Shown here: piece after piece, positions 26,401 to 38,694 of the stretch
How positions within the stretch are numbered: position 1 is the first letter of the stretch
How the letters are laid out: the number at the start of each line of letters is the position of its first letter
Assembly: GCF_963921235.1 (NCBI RefSeq)
Contig: NC_086109.1
Coordinates: forward strand, 1,178,001-1,242,000
DNA length: 64,000 bases
Direction of reading: 5' to 3'
Source of the DNA: Mobula hypostoma
Lineage: Eukaryota
Made by a program: the position numbers and the translations under genes
The notes under the pieces: model-generated
Seen by the model: only the letters and a program-made list of their open reading frames with translations
Databases searched by the model: none
What the model was told of the DNA's origin: nothing

Positions 26401-27480
26401 AATTTGATTTCATTTTTTTACCAGTGGAGCAACGCTGCCCCCTCTGCTTTCCTGGCTGTCCTTTCGATACAACGTGTATCCTTGGACATTAAGCTCCCAG
26501 CTATAATCTTTCAGCCATGATTCAGTGATGCCTACAACATCATACCTGTAACCTGCAAGTTCATCTACCTTATTCCGTGTACTGTGTGCATTCAAATACG
26601 CCCTTCAATCCTGTATTCATCCTTTTCGATTTTGTCTGCCTTTTATGTTGCACTTATTCCACTGACTGCACTATTGCCTATGAACAGCCTCTCCTCACCA
26701 CACATTGTCTCTGTTTGTGAACCAGCTACCTCATCTCCAGCATTATCATCCACCTGTCCGATGATGCTTCTTGCATTGAAATATAGGCAGCTCAGGACAC
26801 TAGTCGCACCAAGCTCAATCTTTTGTTTCCTAACTTTGTCTGAGGTCTTACCAACATCTGCCTCCACAACCTCTCCGCTAATTGTTCTGGCATTCTGGTT
26901 CCCGTCCTCCTGCAATGTCTTACATCACAAAGATAGAACATAGTAGACAGAAATTTACAGCACATTACAGGCCCTTCGGCCCACAGTGTTATGCTGATCA
27001 TGTAACCTACTCTAGGAAATGCCTAGAATTTCCTACCGCATAGCCCTCTATTTTTTAAGCTCCATGTACCTACCTCAGAGTCTTTTAAAAGACCCTATTG
27101 TATCTGCCTCCACCACCTTCACTGGCAGCGCATTCCATGCACCCACCACTCTCTGTGTGAAAAAGTCACCCCTGGCATCCCCTCGCTACTTATTTCCAAC
27201 CACCATAAAACTCTACCCCCTCGTGTTAGCTATTTCAGCTCTGGGAAAAAGCATCTGCCTATCCACATGATCAATGCCTCCCGTCATCTTATTCACCTCT
27301 ATCAGGTCATCTCTCATCCTCCGTTGCTCTGAGGAGAAAAGGCCAAGTTCACTCGACCTTCTCATAAAATCTCCTCTGCACTCTTTCTATAGTATCCACA
27401 TCCTTCCTGTAATGAGGAGACCAGAACTGAGCACAGTATTCCAAGTGGGGTCTGACCAGGGTCCTATACAGCTGTTTTAC
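23440..27480. mobile_element. Cluster of degraded CR1 copies, mainly - strand, with a + strand 3' end at ~23995-24322
   Basis: EN/RT motifs ([28 protein letters not shown]) and (tttctatg)n or (catagaa)n tails. Confidence 0.85.
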
Positions 27481-28129
27481 AATCGTTTCCTCTTCCAAAA
27501 AGAACTCCCCATTTTCTCTCTGTTCCATAGTCTCTACCAGACTGATGGATACAGCCAGCTCACTGACTGGGAGTCCATTTCTCCTCTTAGGGATTATTCT
27601 ATATACACACACATATCTACATATGGATATAGCCAGGGTCCCTAAGATCTTTGCACACTGTATTTGCCAACATAGAGTGGAGAGCGAGTTTATAAATCTG
27701 GTGGGACCAAAGGATACCGGGAATGGTGAGGGTGGAGTGCCATGGGAGGGTGTGGGACAGGTGGCGGAGAAGGAGTGCTGGGGTGGGGGGTGGTACCAGT
27801 GCAGACACACCCAGCCCTGAGACACCAGGCAAGATCATTTGATTCCAAACAGTTGGTTTATTGATCATTACAGAATGTCCCTCTAGTTCTTCCTGCTCCC
27901 TCCCCTCTCCCTTCCCCTTTTCCCAACCATGAATACACTCTCCCTGCCCCTTTCCCACTCTCAATCCACAATAGAGACCCAAATCAGAATCAGGTTTATG
28001 TCGTGAAATTTGTTTTTTTTTCCAGCAGTACTTTGCAATACATAAAATTACTACAGTACTGTGCAAAAGTCTTAGGCACCCGAGAAGACAATATATGAAC
28101 ATTCATGACGATTGGTTCACATTGAAATG

Positions 28130-28662
28130 TGCAGAATTAGACCAGGGAAGGCAGGGGAAAGCAGCATCCATCATCAGGGACTCCCACCACAAAGGTCATG
28201 CTCTCTATTCACTGCTGCTGTCAGGAAGATGGTACTGGAGCCTCAGGACCCACAACATAAGGTTCAGCAACAGTTACAGTATTACCCCCCAACCATCAGA
28301 CTCTTGAACCAGTGGGGATAACTTCAGACAACTTCACTTCCCCATCTTTGAAATGTTCCCACAACCAAAGGACCCACTTTCAAGGACTCTTCATCTCATG
28401 TCCTCTTTCTTTCTTTCTTTCTTCATTCATTCATTCATTCATTCATTTATTTACTTACTTACTTACTTATTTGTCCGTCCATCCATCCAATTCGTACAAT
28501 TTGTGGTCTTTTGCACATTGGTTGCTTGTCCTGGTCTGTGTGGTCTATCATGGATAATATCATGGTTCTCAGACTTACTATGAATGCCCACAAGAAAATG
28601 AATCTCAGGGTTGTATATGGTGAATATCTGTACTTCGATAATAAATTTACTTTGAACTTTGA
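28130..28662 (+). mobile_element. Rex1/Babar-type LINE 3' remnant
   Basis: KAASIIRDSHHKGHALYSLLLSGRWYWSL and tail aataaatttactttgaactttga. A second copy lies at ~48960-49487. Confidence 0.6.
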
Positions 28663-28759
28663 AGTGGCCATTGTAGTACACTGATAAAGACATATCCCTG
28701 CTAGTTAATTTGAAGTCCAGGACAACTCTGCCATGTCACTCTGGCTATCTGTGTATTCA

Positions 28760-29678
28760 GGGAGTCATCCCTCAACACTCTGGCAATGATCTTTGCATCA
28801 TCAATGGGGACAGGACAGGTTGCAGAGTATGAGGGGGTTGCAGATGTTGTTTGTGTCAGGTGGAGTTCAACCCAGATAAGTGTGAGGTGGTTCATTTTGG
28901 TAGGTCAAATATGATGGCAGAATATAACATTAATGGTAAGACTCCTGGCAGTGTGGAGGATCAGAGGGATCTTGGGGTCTGAGTCTATAGGACACTCAAA
29001 GCTGCTGCACAGGTTGATGGTGTTGTTAAGAAGGCATATGGTGTGTTGGCCTTCATCAACCGTGGGATTGAGTTCAAGAGCCAAGAGGTAATGTTACAGC
29101 TATATAAGACCCTAGCTAGACCCCACTTGGAGTACTGTGTTCGTTTCTGGTCACCTCACTACAGGAAGGATGTGGAAACTATAGAAAGGGTGCAGAGGAG
29201 ATTTACAAGGATATTGCCTGGATTGGGGAGCATGCCTTATGAGAATAGGTTGAGTGAACTTGCCCTTTTCTCCTTGGAGCGGCGGAAGATGAGAGGTGAC
29301 CTGATAGAGGTGTATAAGATGATGAGAGGCATTGATCGTGTGGATAGTCAGAGGCTTTTTCCCAGGGATGAAATGGCTAGCACGATGGGGCACAGTTTTA
29401 AGTTGCTTGGAAATAGGTACAGAGGGGATGTCAGGTATAAGTTATTTTACTCAGAGAGTGGTGAGTGTGTGGAACAGGTTGCTGGCAACGTTGATGGTGG
29501 CGGATACGATAGGGTCTTTTAAGAGATTCCTGGATAGGTACATGGAGCTTAGAAAAATAGAGGGCTATGGGTAACCCTAGGTAATTTCTGAAGTAAGTAC
29601 ATGTTCGGCACAGCATTGTGGGCCGAAGGGCCTGTATTGTGCTGTCGGTTTTCTATGTTTTCTGTGTTTCTACGTTTA
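28760..29678 (+). mobile_element. CR1 3' portion
   Basis: LARPHLEYCVRFWSP..RGDLIEVYK and a tttctatg tail. Confidence 0.9.
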
Positions 29679-29892
29679 CTAACAAAAGAGTTTGTACTCA
29701 GAAGCTTTCAGACCAGTCACCTGTACAGAATATTCTAAGGGGTTCTGCTGATTGGGATATTCTTCCACTGTAAATATATAATTCTGCAGAGTTACCTGCA
29801 AACATTGAGAATGTGAAAATTGAGTAAGGTATCATGTGTTAGCAACTCAATACATAAAAGCACTCAGACATGGTCAAGAGGTTCAGTAAAAA

Positions 29893-30033
29893 AAACAAGT
29901 GAAAATCTGCAGATGCTGGAAATCCGAGCCACTGGAGTCCTGCCGAAGGGTTTCGGCCCAAAACGTCGACTGTACTCCTTTCCATAGATGCTGCCTGGCC
30001 TGCTGAGTTCCTCCAGCATTTTGTGTGTGTTGC
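29893..30033 (+). mobile_element. Short Penelope-pLTR-derived element with a mutated hammerhead core
   Basis: Inverted tail piece, then agtc-CTGCCGA-agggtttcggccc-AAAA-cgtc-gact, with two core mutations. Confidence 0.75.
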
Positions 30034-30054
30034 AAGGGGTTCGGTTGTTGTTCA

Positions 30055-30425
30055 AACTAAACATCAGAATGGAAGGAAATGTGATCTAAGTGACTTTTAA
30101 CTGTGGAATAAGTGTTGGTGCTATTTGGGGTGGTTAGAGTATCTGATCTCCTGGGACTCTCATGCACTAGAGTGTCTGGAGTTTACAGAGAATAGTGTAA
30201 AATGAAAAATAACATCCAGTGAGTGGCAATTCTGAGGCAGAAAATGTCCTGTTAATGAGAGGGGACTGGGTAAAGCTGGCAGGAAGGTAACAGTAACTCA
30301 AATACACACACATTGCCATAGTGGTGTGCAGAAGATCTCCAAACAGACAGCGCATTAAACACGAAAGTGAATGGGCTACAGCAACAATAGACCACACCAT
30401 GCCCCATTCCCGTACCCAGTAAAAA
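30055..30425 (+). mobile_element. Tc1 transposase 5' remnant
   Basis: gatctaagtgactttt..gttggtgc..ctgatctcctggga..gtttacagagaat resembles the Tc1 HTH coding region. Confidence 0.55.
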
Positions 30426-30546
30426 ACCCTAAATGCCCGAGGAAATGGCATTCGATCGCCACAACTTAACGGGGTCAACCAGAGGGGTTCTTGTCCTTTT
30501 AAGAGTATTCTTTAGAATCACAAGGCCCTGCTGGACATTAAGAACT

Positions 30547-30657
30547 CTTCCTTCAGTTAGTCCTGACGAAGGGTCTCGGCCTGAAACGTCGACTGCGCCT
30601 CTTCCTAGAGATGCTGCCTGGCCTGCTGCGTTCACCAGCAACTTTGATGTGTGTTGC
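30547..30657 (+). mobile_element. 111-bp solo Penelope-pLTR unit carrying an intact hammerhead
   Basis: Flanked by a 7-bp direct repeat aagaact (30540-30546 and 30658-30664). Nearly identical to the reverse complement of ~43166-43280. Confidence 0.85.
30559..30594 (+). ncRNA. Minimal type I hammerhead ribozyme
   Basis: Stem I agtc/gact, core CTGACGA, stem II agg/cct (loop gtctcgg), GAAA, palindromic ACGT in place of stem III. Predicted GUC cleavage after 30590. Confidence 0.72.
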
Positions 30658-31159
30658 AAGAACTTAAAGTACCCCATCAGTGAGTTGCTCATTGGAGGAG
30701 AGACCGAAGGAGGTGGGACTTGGTGCTGATCGCGTTGCTGCCTGCATCAGAGAGATGTCAATGGAGTAGGTGCGTAAAATGGGGTGCAGTTCTAGTCACT
30801 TTTTTTTTGTGACCGCAAGACCCTGTTGGACGTTGTTAATGTGGAATGCTGCATGTCCGATTCACTGATTTATTGGTGGATGGCTGGATCGGACAGTGGT
30901 GGGAGTTGCGTGGCCTTGGCTGTCGCGAGGATTGGGCGTCACGCTGTGGTGTCACCTGTTTACACCCAGGACAGGGGCTTTGGAGTCAGTGTGCTCCGCC
31001 GGAGGTGGCGTGGCGTCCAATCTGCAGTCAGTGCTGCCACCCAGTGTTCAGCCAGCAGAAGACAAGCCACATTGTGCTTGATTGCAGACTGCTGCATTAT
31101 TCACAGACTCAGGCTATGTGACTGTATTTTACTGGTAACTTATATGTGTCTTGTGCTTG

Positions 31160-31560
31160 TGCTTAAAAGCAGCTGATGAAAAGAAGTTGACAGCATTTGA
31201 GATGTGGACATACTGACGGATCCTCAGGGTATCATACATTGAAAGAAGATCCAATAATTTCATCCTGGAAAAGACTGGCATGAAACCAATACTTCTGGAA
31301 ACCGTTATCCAAAGAAAACTTCGCTATTTTGGACACATCTCAAGAACTGATGACACACTGGAATGCACCGTGCTTGAGGGCAGAGCAGAAGGAAGCCGCT
31401 CTCGAGGCAGACAGAGGACAACCTGGATCGACAACATCGAGAAGTGGAGCAGCCTCCCCGCCAGAGATGCAAGAGGTTTGACTGCCGACGGATCGCAGTG
31501 GAAGCAAGTGGTCACTGAGGCTCTGGCAGAGTAGGGCACATGATGACGATGATGATGATG
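31160..31560 (+). mobile_element. RTE-clade LINE 3' end
   Basis: KKLTAFEMWTY*RILRVS..RKLRYFGHISR..LEGRAEGSRSRGRQRTTWIDNI and a (gat)n tail. Confidence 0.85.
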
Positions 31561-33154
31561 TTGCTTGTGTGAGTGTTGTACTGTGAGTTATGCCTTGACC
31601 CCAGAGTAATGCTGATCATCTGGCTGTATTCATGCATATTCAAAGCACATTTATCATCAAAAATGTATAAATTATACTCCTTGAAATTTGTCTGCTTACA
31701 GGCAGCCACAAAGCAAGAAACACAAATAACCCAATTTTAAAAAAGACCAAAACCACTGCCCAGAGAAAGAGAGAGAGAGAAAAAAAACACACATCATGCA
31801 AACGACAGAAGCAAGCCAAGGGCATCCCAAACCAGACTGAGTCCTAGCTCTGCTCCCGGAGTCTCGGTCCCCAATTGTGGGGCAGGAGCACAGAGCAGGC
31901 AAAGCGGTTGACAGCCTCAGTGCTGTGGAGAAAGGGGTAAACATTCACAGGAGAGAGAGTGAAATCTGCCTGACCCTCACCTCCATTCCCGAGACTTTGG
32001 CTTCCAGTCGACATTTAATTTGTCCATGCAGCAGGTAGTCCCATGTTCTAGGACCCGGATCACACCCTGACACACCCGGGTCACCCAGCCCGAAGCCTTT
32101 CTTGATCTCACCAAACCGGCTTGGCACTTGGAGCAATGTAACCTCGCACCCGGGTTAGGTGGATGAGCATCAAAACTCTTCCACCTTGTCTCGTCTCCAA
32201 ATTGCCCACTCCATCTCTGAGGGTGATACGAACTCTGTCTGCTACCCTGGCTCGAACATGAACACGTTGGAATGTCCCTGCAAGGCTCATTCCCCGAACC
32301 TGCCTCACCTCCGTCTGCCTCCTCGCTGTCCGCGGTGATAGTTCATCACAAATTTCTTCAGAAAAGATGTTATAAATAATGTCTTTAGTAGAATCTCTTG
32401 ACTTATGATTTACCAGAAAGCTGTTGCACATCACCAGTAGCGACATTTTAAACTGGAATTCGTGTACAGAAAGACAATTAAACCTGAACATTGATAAGCG
32501 GGACAGTATTGCCCAGAGTAGTGGATGTGACATGAGCAACTACTGGGAGTACCATTTACGAGGAGAGATATGTCTTCTATAAGGGACTGGGGGGTGGGGG
32601 GCAATAAGAATAATTGAGGAATTATAATGTCAGTGGTTCAGAGAGCTGGTGAAACCTCCATGGACTCACCAGCATAAGTATCAGGCATGTGAGGAATACT
32701 GAGGGCGGAATGATCCCAGAAAAGATAATCCGGTCTTCCTGATAGTGTCACAACCACAGGTTCAGATGTAGGGTCTACACACACACACAGGCAGGCTGAG
32801 CGAGAGGTTTGCCAACTGCGCTCATGAGTACGCACGTTCCAGGTAATTACTGTTTCATTATGGCGGGATTTAACTCCCTTCTTTTCATTGTTGAGACTGG
32901 ACCAAAATCTCAGCAATATCTACATGCCCAGTTACCCTTGTCCCTGTCTGGGAAAGAAGACTACCATTTTGACTGATGCTGTAAAGGGGCGATATTCATT
33001 TGATATTTAGTCACTGCTTCCAAACACAGTGATGACATTAACTTTCAATTTGACAGGTTTAGTTAACCACCCTGTAGGCCTATTATTTTTCTTTTCCTTG
33101 CAGTTCTACAAAGTTCTCATCGAAGTCAGTGAACAGTTGACCCACTTCTCCTTT

Positions 33155-33189
<35 letters not shown>

Positions 33190-33234
33190 CTTTCCCTATC
33201 TCTCTGCACTTGGGCCATATCCAAACATTTTGAC

Positions 33235-34212
33235 AGAAAGAAAGACCATAAGATATCGGAGCAGAAATAGGCCATTTGGCCCATTGAGTCTGCTCTGCCA
33301 TCTCGTGATTGCTAAAGCATTTCCGTCTCAGCCCCAGTCTCCTGCCTTCTCCCCGTATTTCTTTATGCCCTGACTAATCAAGAATCTATCAATCTCTGCC
33401 TTAAATATACCCAATGACTTGGCCTCCACAGTCACACCTGGCAATGAATTCCACAGATTCATCACCCTCTGGTGAAAGGAGGAAGAGGGAGAGGAAGATG
33501 GCGACGTGACGCAGCTCGCAGCGGCCACTCCGGTGGTGATGTCTGTTATTTGTCAAGTAGGGTGCCGTGCACAATGCTGATTTGATGGAGACGGACGTGA
33601 GAGCACGGAGAAACATCTAGTGAAACTTCTGAAATGCCTGCTTCGCTGTTGCTGCTACTGTGTGGTCCAGAATCTCCGGAGGGGAAGGCCCCGAGTCCTC
33701 GGCTTTGCTTGTTGCTCGGCGGCCGGGGCGGGGTCGAAGTGCTTGGCAGAGGATGGTGCTCGGAGAGGCTGTGTCGGAGGGGCTGGTCGGAGGCTCAAAG
33801 TTTTCGGACGGACGCAGAGTCCGCTGCGGTCGGGTGCTTCCAATGGTGCTGCATCGACAAGTTTGCAGCGCTTGGAGGTTCATGGCAGGGAGAGTTTCTC
33901 CCTTCTACCGTCTGCGTGAGATGATGAGGCTATCAGGACACCGAGACTTATTTTTACCGTGCCCATGGTCTGCTCTTTATCAAATTATGGTATTGCTTTG
34001 CACTGTTGTAACTATATGTTTTAATTATGTGGTTTTGTCAGTTTTAGTCTTGGTTTGTCCTGTGTTTTCTTGTGATATCATTCTGGAGGAACATTGTATC
34101 ATTTTTTAATGCATGCATTTCTAAATGACAATAAACGAGGACTGAGTGTCCTCATAATCTAACAAAAAGAAGTTCCTCCTTATCTCTGTTCTAGATGGTT
34201 GTCCCTCTGTTG
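33235..34212 (-). mobile_element. CR1 3' end interrupted by the 33478-34163 element
   Basis: ..attcatcaccctctgg breaks at ~33477 and resumes as aaagaagttcctccttatctctgttc at ~34166. Confidence 0.75.
33478..34163 (+). mobile_element. ~690-bp non-coding retroposon-like insertion
   Basis: CpG-rich head beginning aagatggcg; AT-rich tail ending ctaaatgacaataaacgaggactgagtgtcctcataatcta. The tail recurs at ~56380-56417. Splits a CR1. Confidence 0.65.
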
Positions 34213-34395
34213 TGGACACCAGGCAGTTATCCAATGGGAAAAGCAGCTGCAGCTTCTAAACTGACCAATCACAATGGAAGCGACTTTCAACAATCAGAAT
34301 AAGACACACCCCTACAGGACACTCCACCCCTCGAAAGTAGCAAATGTGTGATCTAATCTTCAGACTAGTATGACTCTCACAAACTCCCAACTGAG

Positions 34396-34985
34396 TTATA
34401 CGTAAAAGACAAAGGTCCAATACCCAGTACTGTAAACCCAATGGTCACCTCCCAGTGTACTATAGTAGTCCAGCAGCCTCCCTGTGCCCCAAAAGGCCAC
34501 CAGCCCCACCCTGGAGTGTGATTGCCAATGAGCTGGTCCCACGTGTAATTTTATGCACTGACTCTGAGAAATGGTGATGTTCACCAACCAGTCAGGAACG
34601 TAGGCACAGCATTCTTAACCAGCGACAGTACAAGTGCCACCTTCCTTTGTGAGCAGGTAATCCAAGGCATCAGTTCCTGGGACAGCCTGGCATACCATGC
34701 TGAGAAAGGCTATCATACAAAAATCCTCCCTTTGTAATAGCCATCTTACTGACCAACATGGGCAAGGTGTCTATTCAGTGCACTGGGGTGGCAGAACTGG
34801 ACATCCAGCAAGCGCCATTAAGATTCCAACAAGTGCCCAGCCTCACAACACCATTCGGCAGTGACACAGTTGTCCCAGAATACTGTTCCTGCTCACACTT
34901 GCCATTCACCTTGCACCTTGTACCTGTACTCAACACACCACCTACACCAGCACCCTTAGTCAGGGGGGGTATCACTAAGAGTTAG
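34396..34985 (-). pseudogene. env: Degraded retroviral env (class I-type TM subunit)
   Basis: 34668-34591 reads ALDYLLTKEGGTCTVAG*ECCAYVPD, an immunosuppressive domain plus CX6CC. A frameshifted fusion-peptide-like MIAF..(H)GM.RLSQEL lies upstream. A purine run then TGT at ~34335-34318 is a possible PPT/LTR start. Confidence 0.8.
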
Positions 34986-36000
34986 GGTCTTCCAATTATA
35001 CAAATTGTATGCAGAACAATGCCATTCCTTAAAGCACTCACTCCCGCAGAGCTATTAAGTCTCAGGCTCCCTAAGACAGTTATCGTACTCTGCGTTGAGG
35101 TTGGCTGGATTAGACTACCCCTTCCCAGCTCCCCTAAATCTGAGAGGCCCAATAATTTCCCCCAAAAGTCTTTTTTGTCATCAAAGGGATCGATATCAGT
35201 GGCATCACTTCCGTGATATAGTAAAGAGTCTTCATACAAATTCAGCAGTCGTCTCATTGGTCCAATGTGCACATTCAAATGCCACCCACAGCAATGTGTA
35301 ACGGCGTCTTCCACCACTTTGTCATTCTGTAATGCAGGGAGATACAAATGCACTTGTTCTTGATTAGTTACCGGATATTTAGAAAACACAAAAAGAATAG
35401 AACTGCAAGAATTGCTCCCCAAATGCTCAATTCTCTCTGAAATGTGGGCATCTTCTATCCAGAATAAAGTCCCCTTAATTTCTACCAAATTTCAACTCAA
35501 ATTTCATATCGCCACTATGAAAAACGAGTCATCCATAAAACCAATTACAAAAGCCATGGGGAAATAAGTAACAAAGTAACATATTACTGCACAATAAACA
35601 TGAAACGGATTTAGAAAGCAAGAAGCAAAGTAACTGATTAAGCAAAATCAAGAAACAAAGTAACTGACTAAACACAAAGCCCAAATCACAAAATCTGGGC
35701 TGTACACTTTAAAACTTTTTATGAAACTGCAAAAAACTTAAAATAGACAGCTAACTACTCACAGAGAAACAGCACTTAATAAAGAACAACTGATAAGGAA
35801 AAAGCAACTGGGTGGGACCCAATACATTCACAGTGACTTTAAAAGCCTCACAACACACACATAACTGATGCATGTGGCTATGACTCTCCCTACAACGAGG
35901 CGCGAATAAGCTAACAACCCCCTCTCTCCTCCCTCCGAAACGCACTGCTGGCGAACGTTAGCCCATATCCTTTGCAGAAACCCTGAATGGAATGTGAGGA

Positions 36001-36135
36001 ACACACACAGAATGCTGAAGTGTTTCAGCCCGAAACGTCGACTATACTGTTTTCCACAGAGGCTGCTGGCCTACTGAGTTCCTCCAGCATTTTGTGTGTG
36101 TTGCTCGGATTTCCAGCAGCACATTTTCAGTTGTT
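36001..36135 (+). mobile_element. Short Penelope-pLTR-derived element, degenerate
   Basis: acacacacagaatgctg (an inverted copy of the tail), then ..cccgaaacgtcgact..ccagcattttgtgtgtgttg. Confidence 0.65.
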
Positions 36136-36657
36136 TGGAGGAATCTGACAGAGCACAAAAAGAACTCTTATCTGCAGAGGAATTGAAAAATGACCCGTCC
36201 CCCTCAATCTCCCTTTCATAGAACATAGAAATCTATAGAACATTACGGGCCCTTCGGCCTACAATGTTATGCTGACCATGTAACTGACTCTAGAAACTGT
36301 TGAGAATTTCTCTACCACATATCCCTCTACTTTTCTAAGCTCCATGTACCTATGTAAGAGTCTATTAAAAGACCCTATTGTATCTACTTCTACCACCATC
36401 ACTGGCAGTACATTCCATGCACCAACCACTCCGTGTGTAAAAAATTACCTCTGACATCCCCCTTGTAACTACTTCCAAGCACCTTAAAACTATGCCCTCT
36501 CGTGTTAGCCATTTTAGCCCTGGGGAAAAGCCTCTGGCTATCCACACGATCAATGCCTCTCACCGTCTATCAGGTCACCTCTCATCCTCCGTTGCTCCAA
36601 AGAGAAACGATCAAATTCACTCAACCTTTTCTCATAAGACATGCTCTCCAATCCAGG

Positions 36658-38587
36658 TAGTCCATGCAAGGCTTATTGAGAAAGTAAGGAGGCATGGGAT
36701 CCAAGGGGACATTGCTTTGTGGATCCAGAACTGGCTTGCCCACAGATGGCAAGGAGTGGTTGTAGATGGGTCATACTCTGCATGGAGGTCAGTGACCAGT
36801 GGAGTGCCTCAAGGATCTGTTCTGGGTCCCTTACTCTTTGTGACTTTTATAAATCACCTGGATGAGGAAGTGGAGAAATGGGTTAGTAAGTTTGCTGATG
36901 ACACAAAGGTTGGGGGTGTTGTGGATAGTGTGGAGGGCTGTCAGAGGTTACAGCGGGACATTGATAGAATGTAAAACTGGGCTGAGAAGTGGCAAATGGA
37001 GTTCAACCCAGATAAGTGTGAAGTGGATCATTTTGGTAGGTCAAATATGATGGCAGAATATAGTATTAATAGTAAGACTCTTGGCAGTGTGGAGGATCAG
37101 AGGGATCTTGGGGTTCGAGTCCATAGGACGCTCAAAGCAGCTGCACAGTTTGACTCTGTGGTTAAGAAGGCATACGGTGTATTGGCCTTTATTAATCGTG
37201 GAATTGAATTTAGGAGCCGAGAGGTAATGTTGCAGCTATATAGGACCCTGGTCAGACCTCACTTGGAGTACTGTGCTCAGTTCTGGTCGCCTCACTACAG
37301 GAAGGATATGGAAACCATAGAAAGGGTGCAGAGGAGATTTACAAGGATGTTGCCTGGATTGGGGAGCATGCCTTATGAGAACAGAAACCATAGAAAACTA
37401 TAGAAAAACTACAGCACAGAAACAGGCCTTTTGGCCCTTCTTGGCTGTGCCGAACCATTTTCTGCCTAGTCCCACTGACCTGCACACGAACCATATCCCT
37501 CCATACACCTCCCATCCATGTATCTGTCCAATTTATTCTTAAATGTTAAAAAAGAACCCGCATTTACCACCTCGTCTGGCAGCTCATTCCACACTCCCAC
37601 CACTCTCTGTGTGAAGAAGCCCCACCTAATGTTCCCTTTAAACTTTTCCCCCCATCACCCTTAACCCATGTCCTCTGGTTTTTTTCTCCCCTTGCCTCAG
37701 TGGAAAAAGCCTGCTTGCATTCACTCTATCTATACCCATCATAATTTTATATACCTCTGTCAAATCTCCCCTCATTCTTCTACGCTCCAGGGAGTAAAGT
37801 CCTAACCTATTCAACCTTTCTCTGTAACTGAGTTTCTCAAGTCCCGGCAACATCCTTGTAAACCTTCTCTGCACTCTTTCAACCTTATTTATATCCTTCC
37901 TGTAATTTGGTGACCAAAACTGAACACAATACTCCAGATTCGGCCTCACCAATGCCTTATACAACCTCATCATAACATTCCAGCTCTTATATTCAATACT
38001 TCGATTAATAAAGGCCAATGTACCAAAAGCTCTCTTTATGACCCTATCTACTTGTGACGCCACTTTTAGGGAATTTTGTATCTGTATTCCCAGATCCCTC
38101 TGTTCTACTGCACTCCTCAGTGCCTTACCATTAACCCTGTATGTTCTACCTTGGTTTGTCCTTCCAACGTGCAATACCTCACACTTGTCTGTTGAGTGAA
38201 CTCGGCCTTTTCTCCTTGGAGTGACGGAGCATGAGAGGTGACCTGATAGAGGGTTTAAAATAATGAGAGGTATTGATCGTATGGATAGTCAGAGGCTTTT
38301 CCCCAGGGCTGAAATGGTTGCCACAAGAGGGCACAAGTTTAAGGTGCTTGTGAGTAGGTACAGAGGAGATGTCAGGGGTAAGTTTTTTTACGCAGAGAGT
38401 GGTGAGTGTGTGGAATGAGCTGCTGGTGGATACGATAGGGTCTTTTAAGAGAGTTTTGGTTAGGTACATGGAGCTTAGCAAAATAGAGGGCTATGGGATA
38501 ATTTCTAAGGTAGGGACATGTTCGGCACAACTTTGTGGGCTGAAGGGCCTGTACTGTGCTGTAGGTCTTCTACGTTTTTATGTTTCT
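36658..38587 (+). mobile_element. CR1 inserted into the - strand CR1
   Basis: [24 protein letters not shown]. Breaks at tatgagaacag (~37384) and resumes as gttgagtgaac (~38191). Tail at ~38575-38587. Confidence 0.88.
37385..38190 (-). mobile_element. CR1 3' fragment, third nesting level
   Basis: ORF 37638-38174 (LVRPNLEYCVQFWSP) and an aaaccatagaaaactatag tail. Confidence 0.88.
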
Positions 38588-38694
38588 AATATCCTTGTAA
38601 ACCTCCTCTGCACCCTTTTTATAGTTTCCACATCCTTCTGTAGTGAGGCGACAAGAACTGAACACAGTACTCCAAGTGGGGTCTGACTAAGGTA

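Noticed and set aside
34982..35488. 168-aa ORF as a host gene
   Set aside because: Non-ATG start, no recognisable domain or splice sites, and it lies in the ERV-like relic. Left unassigned.
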